From Octopus sinensis (Eukaryota), in contig NC_043002.1 in NCBI RefSeq assembly GCF_006345805.1, positions 4,712,001-4,776,000 on the forward strand: a stretch of 64,000 bases of DNA. Reading direction: 5' to 3'. Under the pieces are notes generated by a model. It was not told the DNA's origin, did not search any database, and saw nothing but the letters and a program-made list of their open reading frames with translations. Positions 1 through 13,053 of the stretch are shown piece after piece. The first letter of the stretch is position 1. Every line of letters begins with the position of its first letter. The position numbers were made by a program, and so were the translations under genes.

Positions 1-1439
1 TAAACGTAACGTAGTGTATGTATGTTTGTGTGTATAACTTTATATATTACTGCAGGAAAATAGTAAGGTCTACCAAATCAGGTTATGGAGACTTAAAGGT
101 ATACGGGGGCACCGATACCGCAAAAAGAATGCGATCAAATTAAATCTTGTATTTAGTCCGAAGCTCAAGCTCTCCATATCTTATTGCTTTGGTCTTTTGT
201 GTTTCTTCCAATGTAATTCTTTTGAAATACACATACATACGGCCAGAGTTGACATGAGAAGGAACAACAAAAACAAGAACGACGATGACGAGCACGATGA
301 CGACAACTTCAGTAACATGGGAGCCAATATGGGAACCTCTGTGGCGTCACTCATTCTGCTAGAAATGTCAACCAAATATTCTTTAAATAACATCCGATCA
401 TTTTTTATAAAAAGGCAAGGACACATTCGATGATGTAAACCATCGTGTCAATAAAAAGGACAAGATGATCACGATTGGAGCGCCTCTGATCATGGACCTG
501 CTCGATCAGGATTGGTCTGGGACAAAACAGTAACAACAGCACCAGCTGTATGAAGATCAATAACGGCAACAAAGATTGTATCACCACAATGATAGCTCAT
601 CTCTTTCAGAGCTACAAGATATTTCAGTTTCATCCATAGCGCAAAGTCAAACGAGATCCTCCTCCTCCTCCTCCTCCTCCTCACCTCCTCCTCCTCCCCT
701 CCTCCGCTACTACTACTACTACTACTGTAGACATCCAAAATCCCTTTCCCCTAAAATGACTACCCAAATGATGTTATTCCTAACACTTCTGCACTTCTCC
801 CCTGATCTACAGATAGGCTGTTTGCTCTTTGGTTTTTTCCTATCAATACTGCAATGATGTCTGTTCCTCAAATGGTTGCTGTTGCGTCACTTCCTCTCAA
901 ACTCTTTCGACTCACTCATTTTCCTTCTTTCATCACTCATATTTGGCTTAGAGTCCGCGCTAAAAGCTACACTGAGTCCTAATTTTCCAGAACTCTATTC
1001 CTGTCGAATCTCTTCCATGTCCACACCTGCAGCTATTGAAAAAAACAAAAAAACAAAACAGCAACAGCAACAACAACAACAAAAAAACTACCAGTTGTGT
1101 CCATCTCGAAGGCCTTGGACAGCAGTCGAAGGTCATGGGCCCTCCAAACACACAAAAACCTCCACTACAATTCCATTGTAACGAATGTGTACAAATACAC
1201 GGAGTCAGGTATTATATTGTCATAACACATTTCGCTAATAGAAATACTGACAACTATTCGATATTAATTATTGATTTCTTTCAAACTCACATGTAAATCA
1301 GACTAACAGAGCCAGGTGTAATGGGATTAAACTATAGTCGTAGCTTTGTCAAGAACATTAGTAGCGTCAGGGAAGCAAAAGCGGTACGAGCAACTATAGA
1401 TTTCTTTCAATCTGACGAATGTGCCAATGACGTCACTGG

Positions 1440-2000
1440 ACATACTTAGCAAAATATTAACATTACGTTCTGAGTTCAAATTCCGCCGAGGTCGACTTTG
1501 CTTTTCATCCTTTCGGGGTCGATAAATTAAGTACCAATTTCGCATCGGGGTCGATGTAATCGACTTAATCCCTTTGTCTGTCCTTGTTTGTCCCCTCTGT
1601 GTTTAGCTCCTTGTGGGTAGTAAAGAAATAGGTATTTCGTCTGCCGTTACGTTCTGAGTTCAAATTCTGCCGAGGTCGACTTTGCTTTTCCTCCTTTCGG
1701 GGTCGATAAATTAAGTACCAGTTTCGCACTGGGGTCGATGCATTCGACTTAATCCCTTTGTCTGTCCTTGTTTGTCCCCTCTGTGTTTAGCTCCTTGTGG
1801 CTAGTAAAGAAATAGGTATTTCGTCTGCCGTTACGTTCTGAGTTCAAATTCTGCCGAGGTCGACTTTGTCTTTCATCCTTTCGGGGTCGATAAATTAAGT
1901 ACCAGTTTCGCACTGGGGTCTATGCAATCGACTTACTCCCTTTGTCTGTCCTTGTTTGTCCTCTCTGTGTTTAGCCCCTTGTGGGTAGTAAAGAAATAGA
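1440..2000 (+). mobile_element. SINE family A, three head-to-tail ~184-bp units
   Basis: Unit TTACGTTCTGAGTTCAAATT..GAGGTCGACTTTG..CCTTTCGGGGTCGATAAATTAAGTACC..GTAGTAAAGAAATAG recurs; TAAAGAAATA at 1621, 1805, 1989; B-box-like GAGTTCAAATTC. Confidence 0.9.
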
Positions 2001-2212
2001 TATATGAGCAAACTTTCTGTCAAAATATGATTCAAATATTTTCTTTTCACTTTAAACCTAAAATTTTAAGAAATACTTGGGACGGCCACAGCAAAAGAGC
2101 TGATCGGTTCCTGAAGTTCAACTAAAATCGTCACTCTAGAATATTACGCTTGCAAGTAGCTTGATTTGCATGTGAGTATGAAACGAGTCAATAACTTAGA
2201 CTGAAGAGTATA

Positions 2213-2445
2213 TTTCTTTATTGCCCACAAGGGGCTAAACATAGAGGGGACAAACAAGGACAGACACAAGAATTAAGTCGATTACATCGACCCCAGTATG
2301 AAACTAGTACTTTATTTATCTACCCCCGAAAGGATGAAAGGCAAAGTCGACCTCGGCGGAATTTGAACTCAGAACGTAACGGCAGACGAAATACGGCTAC
2401 GCATTTCGCCCGGCGTGCTAACGTTTCTGCCAGCTCGCCGCCTTA
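2213..2445 (-). mobile_element. SINE family A, full-length copy
   Basis: Reverse complement starts AAGGCGGCGAGCTGGCAGAAACGTTAGCACG and carries the same central domain as 1440-2000. Confidence 0.9.
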
Positions 2446-3094
2446 TTTCGATTGAAGAATAGTAGATGTATCCAACGGGTGCAAGCTTAGCTCTGTGGTT
2501 AGAGATATTTGCTTTGTAAGCTGCTAAGTTCGCTTTGTATCCATTTAAAAAATCTCTCTAACATCTTTGATATCAAAACGCCTGTAACCGCCCTTAGTCC
2601 AACGACACAAACTTTCTGTCTTAAAGTGATCTCAAAACATTTCATCAAATTTCGTATTAATTATGTTCCAGGCATTAGCTTATTTCACTAAATTCTTCAT
2701 TATTTTCGGAAGTAGTTAAAACAAAGGCAGCCTCTTTCAACAGTAATATCTTAACAAAAGGGTTTTTAAGTGTTAATTTACAAATCAACTAAATCATAAA
2801 TTTATCAGACTCTGAAGTTTGGTTAAAATCATCTCACCTGAGCAGTGATTTTCAAGCGATGCGTCGCAAGGGATGTAGGTGTGCCGAAGACTTTCAAAAA
2901 TATAATTTAAACTTATACTAATATTTAAGTCTCTATAATTCTGTAATACACAAGTATGATTAATAAAAGAAGGCTAAACAATTGTTTAATAATTTCCTTC
3001 TAAATTTTTAACTTGAAAATGATTTAAAAGATTTTCAATGCGAAGTGTGACAGAACTTTTTGTATGACCTCGAGTACATCTCGAAGCCAGAAAT

Positions 3095-3520
3095 ATTGGT
3101 TTCAAATTTCGGCACAAAGCCAGCAATTTACGGGGAAGAGTTGAGTCAATTACATCGTCCCCGGTGTTCAATTGGTACTCATTCTATCGACTTCAAAGGA
3201 TGGAAGACAAGGTCGATCCCGGCGTAATTTGAACTTAGAACGTAAAGACAAAAGAAATGTCGTTAAGCTTTTTGTCCAGTGCGCTAACGACTTCGCTACT
3301 TGCTGCCTTAAAAATTCAGAAATATTCTTTCTACTATAGGCACAAGGCCTGAAATTTTTGGGAAAGAGGGTAGCCGATTACATCGACCCCAGTGTTCAAT
3401 TGGTACTTATTTTATTAATCCTGAAGGGGTGAAAGGCAAAGTGGACCTCAGCGGAATTTAAACTCAGCGTAAAAACCATTGAAATGCAGCTAAGCATCTT
3501 GAGCGGTGTGTTAAAGATTC
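3095..3520 (-). mobile_element. Two degenerate SINE family A copies
   Basis: GATTACATCG(A/T)CCCC..GTGTTCAATTGGTACT and GGCAAAG..GACCTC motifs occur twice. Confidence 0.7.
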
Positions 3521-4304
3521 TGTCAATCTTAATCTTAATCTTTGTTGTATCGATTGGCTGGAGGCATTTCGCAGTACCGCAAGCTCTGAAGACCTGTGAT
3601 ACGTTACTTGCAGGTAATCTAAAAATCGTAAAAAATAAATACAGAGAAAAACAATGAGAGTACACAATGCATATTTCACTTGTTTTAGTTCCGAGAAGAA
3701 ATAGAAAGAGTCCAACGTTTTGTACTGCAGTCGTTTGGTGGGAAAAGCGGAAAGATATAACTTTTGTGGAGAAGAAGGAAAATGTACGCAGTGTTTCACA
3801 TTGTGGAAAGGTGAAAGTAATGGAAGATTAAACAGGCGGATTACATCTTATGGTACAGCCGTGCTACTGCAGATCACTATATTAAGCGTAACGGGTCACT
3901 AAGGTAAACATATAAACCACAAATAAGCTGAATCCAAGCTATTCCTTTAGTTGATATCGACAAGATATTTGCATCACCAACTCATCTCAAATTTGGAAGA
4001 ACTACTAAAACGTTTATCGAAGTCAATTCAAAGGGATTTCAGGGCTTTTCTGAAGAAAGAAAAAAAAGAAGTAAATAAAATGCTAAGTGTGACAAACTTG
4101 AAGGATGGCGTTATGAGCGTGGCATAGCGTGTGACGCGGTTCTGCACTGAATAACTGATACAAACCTGCTGGAAGGTTTCCAAACAGATTTTACTTAGAT
4201 TATTTTACACAAAATGCTTGGGTTGACAGGAGGCAATGGCAAAAGCCACTTGCCTCAAATTCCATATACTGAATATCGAGATTTCAGGGTCCATGTCAAA
4301 CACA

Positions 4305-4345
<41 letters not shown>

Positions 4346-4788
4346 TCTCTCTCTCTCACACACACGCACACGTTTCCATTACAGAAATTTTTATCATTTA
4401 AGTATATATCAAAAGTCTATAAATATAGGAAAATCGAACCATGCACTCTTGCTTTCATAACAAAGCGTTTTGCTGGATCTTTCATCGCTTTTTACTCTTA
4501 ATTTTTCCCCTCTCTCTCACTCTCTTTCTCCCTCTAATTGTCTGTAACCATAGCTACCTATATCTATGTACAAACACACACATATTTGTATGTGTGTATA
4601 TATATATATATATAAATATGTGTTTTCATGTATATATATATGAGTACGTGTGTGTGTATATGCATAGTCATACATAGGTGGGGCATAAGGATCACTATGG
4701 TTACAACGGTGTTATTTATATTCTTACATATACAACAATCCATACACGCATACATAGATCTCTATCTATCTATCTATCTATCTATCTA

Positions 4789-4847
<59 letters not shown>

Positions 4848-5469
4848 AATCTATCTGCATACACAGACACAGACACACACACACAAACATGTATAGCTGT
4901 AGTCATATATAATTTATACATATATATATATATATACTTTTGTTACTTATAATCATATAACAATACGTATGCACACATACACACGCGCGCGCACATATAC
5001 ACCCACCAACACACGTTAATGTACACGGGGCTTACGAACATATGTCCATCCACACACGTCGTTGGATGTGTGCGCGTGTGTGTATGCGTGTGTGTGCGTG
5101 TATATGTGTGTGTGCGTGTGTGTGTATATTTATGTGTGTATGTATGTGCGAATGTTTGTAGTGGTATTGTGTATATCTAAAAGTGTGTGTTTGCACGCAC
5201 ACAGATCACAATGCAACCATAATGTTACCCAAGGGAAACAGGATATAGTTGAAACCTATTTGATGCCGCCATGTTTACAGTTAAGGGTCTTTTTTTTTTA
5301 CAACAGCAACGGCTTCTATATTGATAACTAAAACAAACATTTCCGTGAAGTTATTTTGAAAATAACCATGTTTATCGTATTATTTATATTAAAGCGGCAC
5401 TAGCCTGTTTTAGAATGGAATCTTCGAAATCACAAGGGAAAGCTATAAAATCCCTTTCGTCCTATATGG

Positions 5470-5490
5470 GAACATACACACATACATACA

Positions 5491-5523
<33 letters not shown>

Positions 5524-6060
5524 GCATACATACATGCATACATACATGCATACACACACACATACATACATACGTACATACATACATACATACATGCATG
5601 CATACATGCATACATATATACATACATACATGTATACATACATACATACATACATGCATACATCCATCCATCTATCCATCCATCCACCCATCCATACATA
5701 CATACATACATACATACATACATACATACATACATGCATGTATGCATGCATGCATATATACATTCATACATGCATACATACATACATACATACATACATA
5801 CATACATACATACATGCATGCATGCATGCATGCATACATACATACATACATACATACATACATACATACATACATGCATACATACATGCATGCATACATA
5901 CATACATACATACATACATACATACATGCATGCATGCATGCATACATACATACATACATACATACATACATGCATGCATGCATACATACATACATGCGTA
6001 TGTATGTATACACGCGTGCACACACACGCACACACATACACAAATAAATTCGCATAAATA
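5470..6060. repeat. (TACA)n/(TGCA)n compound microsatellite
   Basis: Directly visible; explains the HTYI/MYVC ORFs. Confidence 0.98.
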
Positions 6061-6834
6061 TATATATACATAAATACATATAAATATTTAATTTATGCAT
6101 TTGACTACATTATACTTGCGTTTGTATACCTTTATAATATATAAACAGATATGCATGTATGCTGGTTGGTGTGAATGTAAGGATGTAGGTATGTTTATGT
6201 AAGTACATATGAATGTACTAGTCTATTTCTGATTATATTAATTCTTCCTATTAGGAAGGAGTTGGTTTCTAACGAAGGATACAACGCTCCATTGTTGGAA
6301 ACGCATGCAGCAAAACTAATGAAACTTGTCGAACTTGAGAGAAGTCTTGCATATTTTTATCGTTCCGCTTACAGATTGTATTTCTAATATGCATATTAGC
6401 TGGTTAATTTTCCCCTGAAAACCCTAGTTCTCCCAGATTGCCAAAATCAAGCGCACTAATATGTGACGATCTCAAGAATTCTCCAAAGTTAACATGCCAT
6501 CCAGGAATATAACAGGCTTATCAGGAGATAAGAGGACAATGTCGGTAACGTATTTTCTGGCTTATTATCTCCCTTTCTCGAAGGCGGCGAACCGCTGAGT
6601 ATTTCGTCCGACGTGCTTAAGACAAAAGAGCTATTACAATGACCGTTTTCTTAATAACAGTCATTTACATAGAAATTTCCTTTTGTTTAACGGTCATTTT
6701 CATAGCATATTTTAATTGCTTCGATAACTGAGTTTTATTATGGCAACTGAATAATTGTCGCATGTTATATTACAAGTAAATTCCTCTATTTACATAATAT
6801 CGAGACCTCTTTCATTCTTTTGCTGTCTTAATAT

Positions 6835-6900
<66 letters not shown>

Positions 6901-7248
6901 AAATTATAAATTAGGGTGTCTACGGGATACCACCATGCTGAAAATAGCAGCCATGATCTAAATCTAAAACCACCTTAATTGTCCATATATCAACACGGAG
7001 GGAAAACAAAGAGACAAAATGAAACTAGTAAAAAATGACTGGATAATTCTAGATCCCGGATTTCTGACTTTGCATTTAGAAATGCTTTACCTCGTCAGTA
7101 GAATACACACAGAAGAGAAACATAAATGCAACATACGAATACTTACGTAGACGAACGTGTACCTACATATATATGCACGTATGCATCATGACCATTTCAA
7201 AATGCTCGTCGTTTAATTCCATGTGAGATATGGTCAAAATATCCTTAT

Positions 7249-7289
<41 letters not shown>

Positions 7290-7292
<3 letters not shown>

Positions 7293-7343
7293 GGACTACT
7301 CATTACTTTTGGGAGGGTACACATTTATAATACTTTTATACAA

Positions 7344-7387
<44 letters not shown>

Positions 7388-7475
7388 CCGATGAAGACTT
7401 CGAAGTCGCTGTCGATACACTGCTTGTAAAAGTATTATAAATGTGAACCCTCCAAAAAGTAATGAGTGGTCCTTT
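7290..7475. repeat. Imperfect ~56-bp inverted repeat around (TA)n and a 40-nt spacer
   Basis: 7290-7346 AAAGGACTACTCATTACTTTTGGGAGGGTACACATTTATAATACTTTTATACAAGCA matches the reverse complement of 7421-7475. Confidence 0.9.
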
Positions 7476-7502
7476 ATTTTACTCTAAAATTGCTTTTCTT
7501 AT

Positions 7503-7710
7503 AAAGGTGGCGAGTTGCCAGAATCGTTAGCACGCCGGACAAAATGCTTAGCGGCATTTCGTTCGTCTTTATGCTCTGGGTTCAAATTCCGCTGAGGCTG
7601 CATTTGCCTTTCATCCTTTCGGGGTCAATAAAATAAGTACGAATCAATGTAATTAACTAGCCCCTTCCCCTCAAATTTCTGGCCTTGTGCCTATAGCAGA
7701 AAAGATTAGA
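7503..7710 (+). mobile_element. SINE family A, older copy
   Basis: AAGGTGGCGAGTTGCCAGAATCGTTAGCACG head and GCCTTTCATCCTTTCGGGGTC domain. Confidence 0.8.
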
Positions 7711-7736
7711 TTATAATTGGACATGAAAACAAATAT

Positions 7737-7794
<58 letters not shown>

Positions 7795-7796
7795 TC

Positions 7797-7846
<50 letters not shown>

Positions 7847-8302
7847 CTATTTGTGTGTGTGTGTGTGTGTGTGTTTTTAAATGCCACAGTTTGGAAACGA
7901 AAAGAGGAAGTGAGTACTGAAAACAGTTTAGATTATAAGAATTTAAAAGGAATTCCTTTTTCTTGCCGCACAAGTTTCATGTCACTGATACTAAGGCGAG
8001 AACTGTTTTCTCTCTATATTTGAGATGGATTTTATATACATTAAAGCGGTTTCATTCATCTTAGTCTATGGCTATCGTTTTCTCAGACTTGTTTCTAATG
8101 TTTTTATTAGGGCGTTGTGTGTGTACGATAGTCTTCATTTCATTTTCTAAACCCTTAGCTGTTCTATTTTTAAAATCTTATCTGACTTTAATTCCTTAAT
8201 TTTATTTCATTTAACAGTAGTGAAGTGAAAGCACGCTTCACTACCGAGCGCAGCTCTGTGTGCCTTGGGTATGTGCTGTGATTTCTTGTGATGGTCTGGT
8301 GG

Positions 8303-8556
8303 TTATTGTATGGAAAGTGTTCTGCGTAGGATGTGTACAGTGCCTAGTAGTGCAATTTTCTGTATGTTATATGTGTTTGTAAGTCCTGGTGTTTTTGTTA
8401 TGTATTTGTCTGAATATTTTTTTATCATGCCTAATGCACCTACTATGATAGGAATTGTTTCTGTTTTCAGGTTCCACATTCTAGTTATTTCTATTTCCAG
8501 GTCTTTGTATTTTGAGAGTTTCTCCATTTCTTTTAGAGACACGTTGTCATCTGCCG

Positions 8557-8557
<1 letters not shown>
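8303..8557 (-). mobile_element. 3' fragment of an RLE-type non-LTR retrotransposon (R4/Dong-like)
   Basis: PADDNVSLKEMEKLSKYKDLEIEITRMWNLKTETIPIIVGALG..LLGTVHILRRTL fits the restriction-like endonuclease C-terminus (KExEKxxKY, PIIVGALG). Confidence 0.85.
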
Positions 8558-8599
<42 letters not shown>

Positions 8600-8990
8600 C
8601 ATTATCATTGAGTGAGAGAGCAGCGCATGCCATCAGAATGACATTGGAGTAAAAATACATGAAGCTCAATGTAGCCATCATGACTACCCGTCTGATTAAG
8701 GGTACATCAGGTACATGCATCACAACCACATGTGCATGGTGGTCTCATATCAAGATAAATAGCGCATGGCCTTGTAGGTGGGGCCTAGTCAGTATTTTCT
8801 TCAAGTCGAGTAGCCCATCTTGTTTAAAAGGTCCCTGAATAAGGGTTGTTTAAGGATGGTGAATGAAGCACCCATGTTTCCCAAGGGTGAATTATTGAAA
8901 CCCCAAAGAATCCTTCCCAGCACATAACTATGATGCTCCCCCACTACTTCTGCTCGTGATCAGAGATGCACATATCATCAGCCACTAACA
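8558..8990 (-). mobile_element. Unclassified retroposon-like interspersed repeat with (AAT)n tail
   Basis: On the minus strand it ends in ..CTCTCACTCAATG(ATA)n. Recognised from memory as a common octopus-type repeat; the family is not assignable from sequence alone. Confidence 0.45.
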
Positions 8991-9584
8991 TACACAGGTG
9001 CACCCCCGCAACACTCACTCGTTCGCCCACACAGTTCATATTATCCAATCCAGTGACCTGTCACTCTGGAGTTTCCACAGCATGCCATCGCTTCTGCAAA
9101 CTGTGCCTAGTCTATTTGACTGGAAAAATGTGAAAACTTCTGAGAAACAGGTTATTAGACCAGCTGAAATAAACTACAGCACTCTGCGCCGAGTCGTCAC
9201 TCAGCAACACCTATATATGTATGTATAAACTTACATACATGTATACAAAATACAAAGACCTGGAAATAGAGGTAACCAGAATATGGAGTCTAAAAACAGA
9301 AACATAGAAGGATATTGAGTTTAACTTCATAACCAGCTGATCTAGCAAGCGGAGCCTCATATCAGTGAGGGGGGCCGGTGCGCATTGATGCCGTCGAGAA
9401 GGAGGCCCCGAAACGGCACGCATTCTTTCCTGATGACCCATACACTTGCTGGTAGCACTTGCATGTGCAAGTTGTTTGCAAGACATCATACATGCATACA
9501 TACATACATACATACATACATACATACACATACATACATACATACATACATACATACATACATACATACATTCATACATACATA

Positions 9585-10150
9585 AACACCGAAGATATCC
9601 CCCGCATCATAAGCAGTTGTCCGAAAATGTCATCGCGGTGTTATCTGCCGGTGAGACATGATATTGTAGGTAGGGCACTCTATAATGAAATCCGTCGGAA
9701 GGATAACCTCGAGGATAAAGAAATAAGAACCTACAGTATGGGAGAAGCCATAGTCGCTCATAACAGAAAACGAGTACTGGTGGAATGTCCCAGTGAAGAC
9801 CTCAATAAATTGCAAGCAAAACAGACCTCATATAATGATTTGGGATAGAGAAGACAAACTGTGCACAGTTGTGGAAATTAACTGCCCAGTGGATGCTGAC
9901 ATAAAGCTGAAGATCAGTGGAAAGAGAACACCTATGTTGAACTATTGAGAAATTTGCAATTACTCTATCCAAATTACAAGTTCAGGTTTATACCTGTAAT
10001 TATTGAGGCCTTGAGATATGTAACACACTGCTTAGATACCAATCTTGAGAAATTAGGATTCTCAAAACCAGAAAGGAGAAAGCTAATTCGAAGACTAATC
10101 CATCACTGAAACTGTAAAAATCTGTATAACTTTCCAGTAGTTTATCGATT
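9585..10150 (+). mobile_element. 3' fragment of a second RLE-type LINE (zinc knuckle remnant plus endonuclease), frameshifted
   Basis: Across frames: EDI..IISSCPKMSSRCYLPVRHDIV (knuckle C/H residues), RPHIMIWDREDKLCTVVEFNCPVDAD..KENTYVELLRNLQLLYPNYKFRFIPVIIEAL. Confidence 0.8.
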
Positions 10151-10589
10151 AGATATATATGAGCATGTCTAGATATGCAACTATATGCATGAGAATGCAT
10201 AGATAAAGCAAAACATACAAATATGCACATATACATACATGCATACATACACACAAGCAAAAATATCTCGTTGTTGATATTGAAATGAAGGAGCCTTGAA
10301 TCTAGGTTAGAAACCGGCTCTTTCTCTATTGGTGAGAAATCTTGAAATAAAACTGTACAATGACATACATACGTACACACACACACACATACACACAAAC
10401 ACACACTCACACACCCACACACACACATTTTTACTCTTTTACTCGTTTCAGTCATTAGACTGCAGCTATGCTGCGGCACCGCCTTGAAAAGTTTTTAGTC
10501 GAAGGTATCGGCCCCAGTATCAGTTAAGTTACGGGTGCGTAAACACACCAGTGCCGATTGTCAAACGCGGGGGGGGGGATCAAACACAA

Positions 10590-10945
10590 GGTGCTGGTGA
10601 AGCGGTGTGGTAAGAAGCTTGCTTCCTAATCACATGGTTGTGGTTTCAGTCCCACTGCGTGGCACCTTGGGTGTTTTCTAGTATAGCCTTGAGCCAACGA
10701 AAGCCTTATGAGTTGATTTGGTTGATGGAAACTAAAAGAAGCCTGTTGTATGTATATGTGTATGTGTGTTTGTGTGTGTATGTTCTCCATCACCGCTTGA
10801 CAACCGGTGTTAGCGTGATTACATCTCCATAACTGAGCAGTTCAACAAAAAGACCGATAAAAATAAATAAAAGCGCTGATGTCGATTCATTCGACTAAAA
10901 TTCTACAGGCAGTGCTCCATCATGGCCGCAGTCTGGCTAAAACAA
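10590..10945 (+). mobile_element. SINE family B (tRNA-like head, internal TA/TG microsatellite)
   Basis: GTGTGGTAAG..GGTTTCAGTCCCACTGCGTGGCACCTTGG head and GTGCTCCA..CATGGCCGCAGTC tail. Confidence 0.8.
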
Positions 10946-12201
10946 AAAAAAAAAAGAAGAAACATGCGCATATACAGTTATCAATAAAGGTAAATCTTCG
11001 AAATAGTAGTAGTAGTAGTAGTGGTGGTGGTGGTCGTGGCGGCGGCGGCGGTGGTGGTGGTGGTGGTGGGGTGTTGGTGCTGGTAGTGCTGGTAGTCATA
11101 GCAGTTGTGGTAGCGGTAGGAAATGGAAAAAACGGAAAGGGCGAGCAAGAAGGCTTCTGTTTGTTCAGTAGGTATTGAATGTCTATAAAATCCCCCACAC
11201 CCCTCGCAGCCACTCTTCTCGCATACCCACAGGACATCTCGCGACCGCCGCCATTTTTCCTCATTTCACCTCTGCCTGATCAAACGCCTCGTTGACAAAC
11301 TTTATCGCCAAGACCCTCTCCTTAACATTGCTTCAGGGCCCAGTTCTCTGTTTCACTTTTTCTCGTATTTGCCTCCCTATTCTTTCTTTCTTTTTTCTCT
11401 TTCTTTCTTTCTTTCTTTCTTTTTTCCCCTCTCTGTCTCTCATCCTCCTTTTCGTTATTACTTTCCTGGAAAAACTTAAAATATCTTCTCGATCGCTTTA
11501 CTTTTGATATCTGAAGTCCACCATTCCTTACTGTCAACTCCCCCATTCATTTTGCTCTCCCCGAATCTCTCTCCCTCTCTCTCTCTGACACACGCATACA
11601 CACATATACATACACATACACACCTGCACACGTATAAACATCTTGCTCCACTTCATATACTTACGTTCACATCTTTACCCCACTTGCAATCTCCTGGTTC
11701 TACAGTGCTTTATACGTAATATATACATCTATGTATGTACATATGCATACATACATACATACATACATACATACATACATACATACATACATACATACAT
11801 ACATACATACATACATACATACATAGATATATACATACATACATACATATATAAACACACACACAAATACATCATGTACATGAAAAGCCCGCGAGCTATC
11901 CAACTTCTTCATTTTTATAGATAATAGACGAAGACAAGATAGGCTGTTGACCCTCACCTAACCTCCTTCACCTCTGCCCTTGATCTCCGATCTCTTTCAC
12001 CTTATTGCGGTGGTCCGCCATTTTAATGTCGATCTCTCTTCGTTCACAAAATCTCTTTAAACATACTCAGAACCTTGTGCTGAGTAGATATAACGCAGAG
12101 AGGGTTTTCTTTCATTTAGTGGGGAAGATGGTGTAAGTGTGTATGTGTGTGTGTGTTTTTTTTATCTTTTTAAATATATATTATATTGTTTTCTTTTCCA
12201 G

Positions 12202-12597
12202 TGTCTGGACAGAAACAATATTAACGATGACGACGATGGTAATAATGACGATTACCTGCGATAACGATAGCAATAATGGCGATGGTGATGATGATTATAA
12301 TGATGAGAAGAATACGATGAGGATGAGTATGAAAGGAGCAATGAAGACATGGAGAGGAGCATCAATAGTAACAGCCGCAACAACAACATTAAAATATCAT
12401 CAACAACTCGTTTTTCACATGCTTTTCTCCCTCTCCTCATGCTTCTCCTCCTCCTCGTTGTCATCGTCCTCCTCCTCCTCCTTATCTTCATCATCATCAG
12501 CACCACTACCATCATCAAATATCTTGACATCGTTGACATGAAAGACGCCAAGAAAAAGAACAGAACAACAAGAATCACAATTAGTCGTCAAGTCTAA
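12202..12597 (+). CDS. Candidate terminal exon: Asp/Asn-rich linker, hydrophobic segment, basic tail (two frameshifts needed)
   Basis: Acceptor TTTTCTTTTCCAG ending 12201; ORF 12349-12597 has LLMLLLLLVVIVLLLLLIFIII then KDAKKKNRTTR*; AATAAA-like motifs follow. Could also be trinucleotide-repeat noise. Confidence 0.3.
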
Positions 12598-13053
12598 ACA
12601 ATTACAAAATAAAACTGAATTAAAATAAATAAGATAAAACAAACGTCAAACAAAAATAATATATAAATGAAATATAACAATAATATCGACCTTATTAATG
12701 CCGCCACCAGCAACACCATCACTAACAGCAACCAGAAGACCAACACTAAATAGGAAAAACAACCCCAACAACAGAAACGAGAGCAAGGCTTAAGCTTAAC
12801 AACAACGGCAACAAGGATATTGTAGACCCAGACCAAACCATATGTAATGACATAAGAAAAAAAAAGAAACCCAAAGGATCGGTTATAACCTCCCGTCACA
12901 CCCTCAGGATCTTCCAAGGCGCCTTAGATCTCCCACCCCAGCCTGAACAAAATCAAAGAGACAAACCTTCCACTAAAGAAAAAGACAAACAAATGAAAAT
13001 GAAAAAGTGATTGAGAAAAGAGAACACTAACTCAAGTAAAAAATAACCAAGTA

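Noticed and set aside
1440-2000. CRISPR-like array
   Set aside because: Units are contiguous 184-bp SINE copies with no unique spacers; eukaryotic context, no cas genes.
2842-2900. CAGTGATTTTCAA.. possible hAT terminus; also AGGGGTTAA piggyBac-like end near 61892-61900
   Set aside because: No partner TIR or TSD found.
9395-9445. GAAAC followed by CTGATGA (type II hammerhead order)
   Set aside because: Stems II and III do not pair.
11922-12133. Possible pLGIC loop D/A exon (IIDEDK..LRW..YNA)
   Set aside because: Lacks the W-x-P-D motif, has in-frame stops; probably pattern overfitting.
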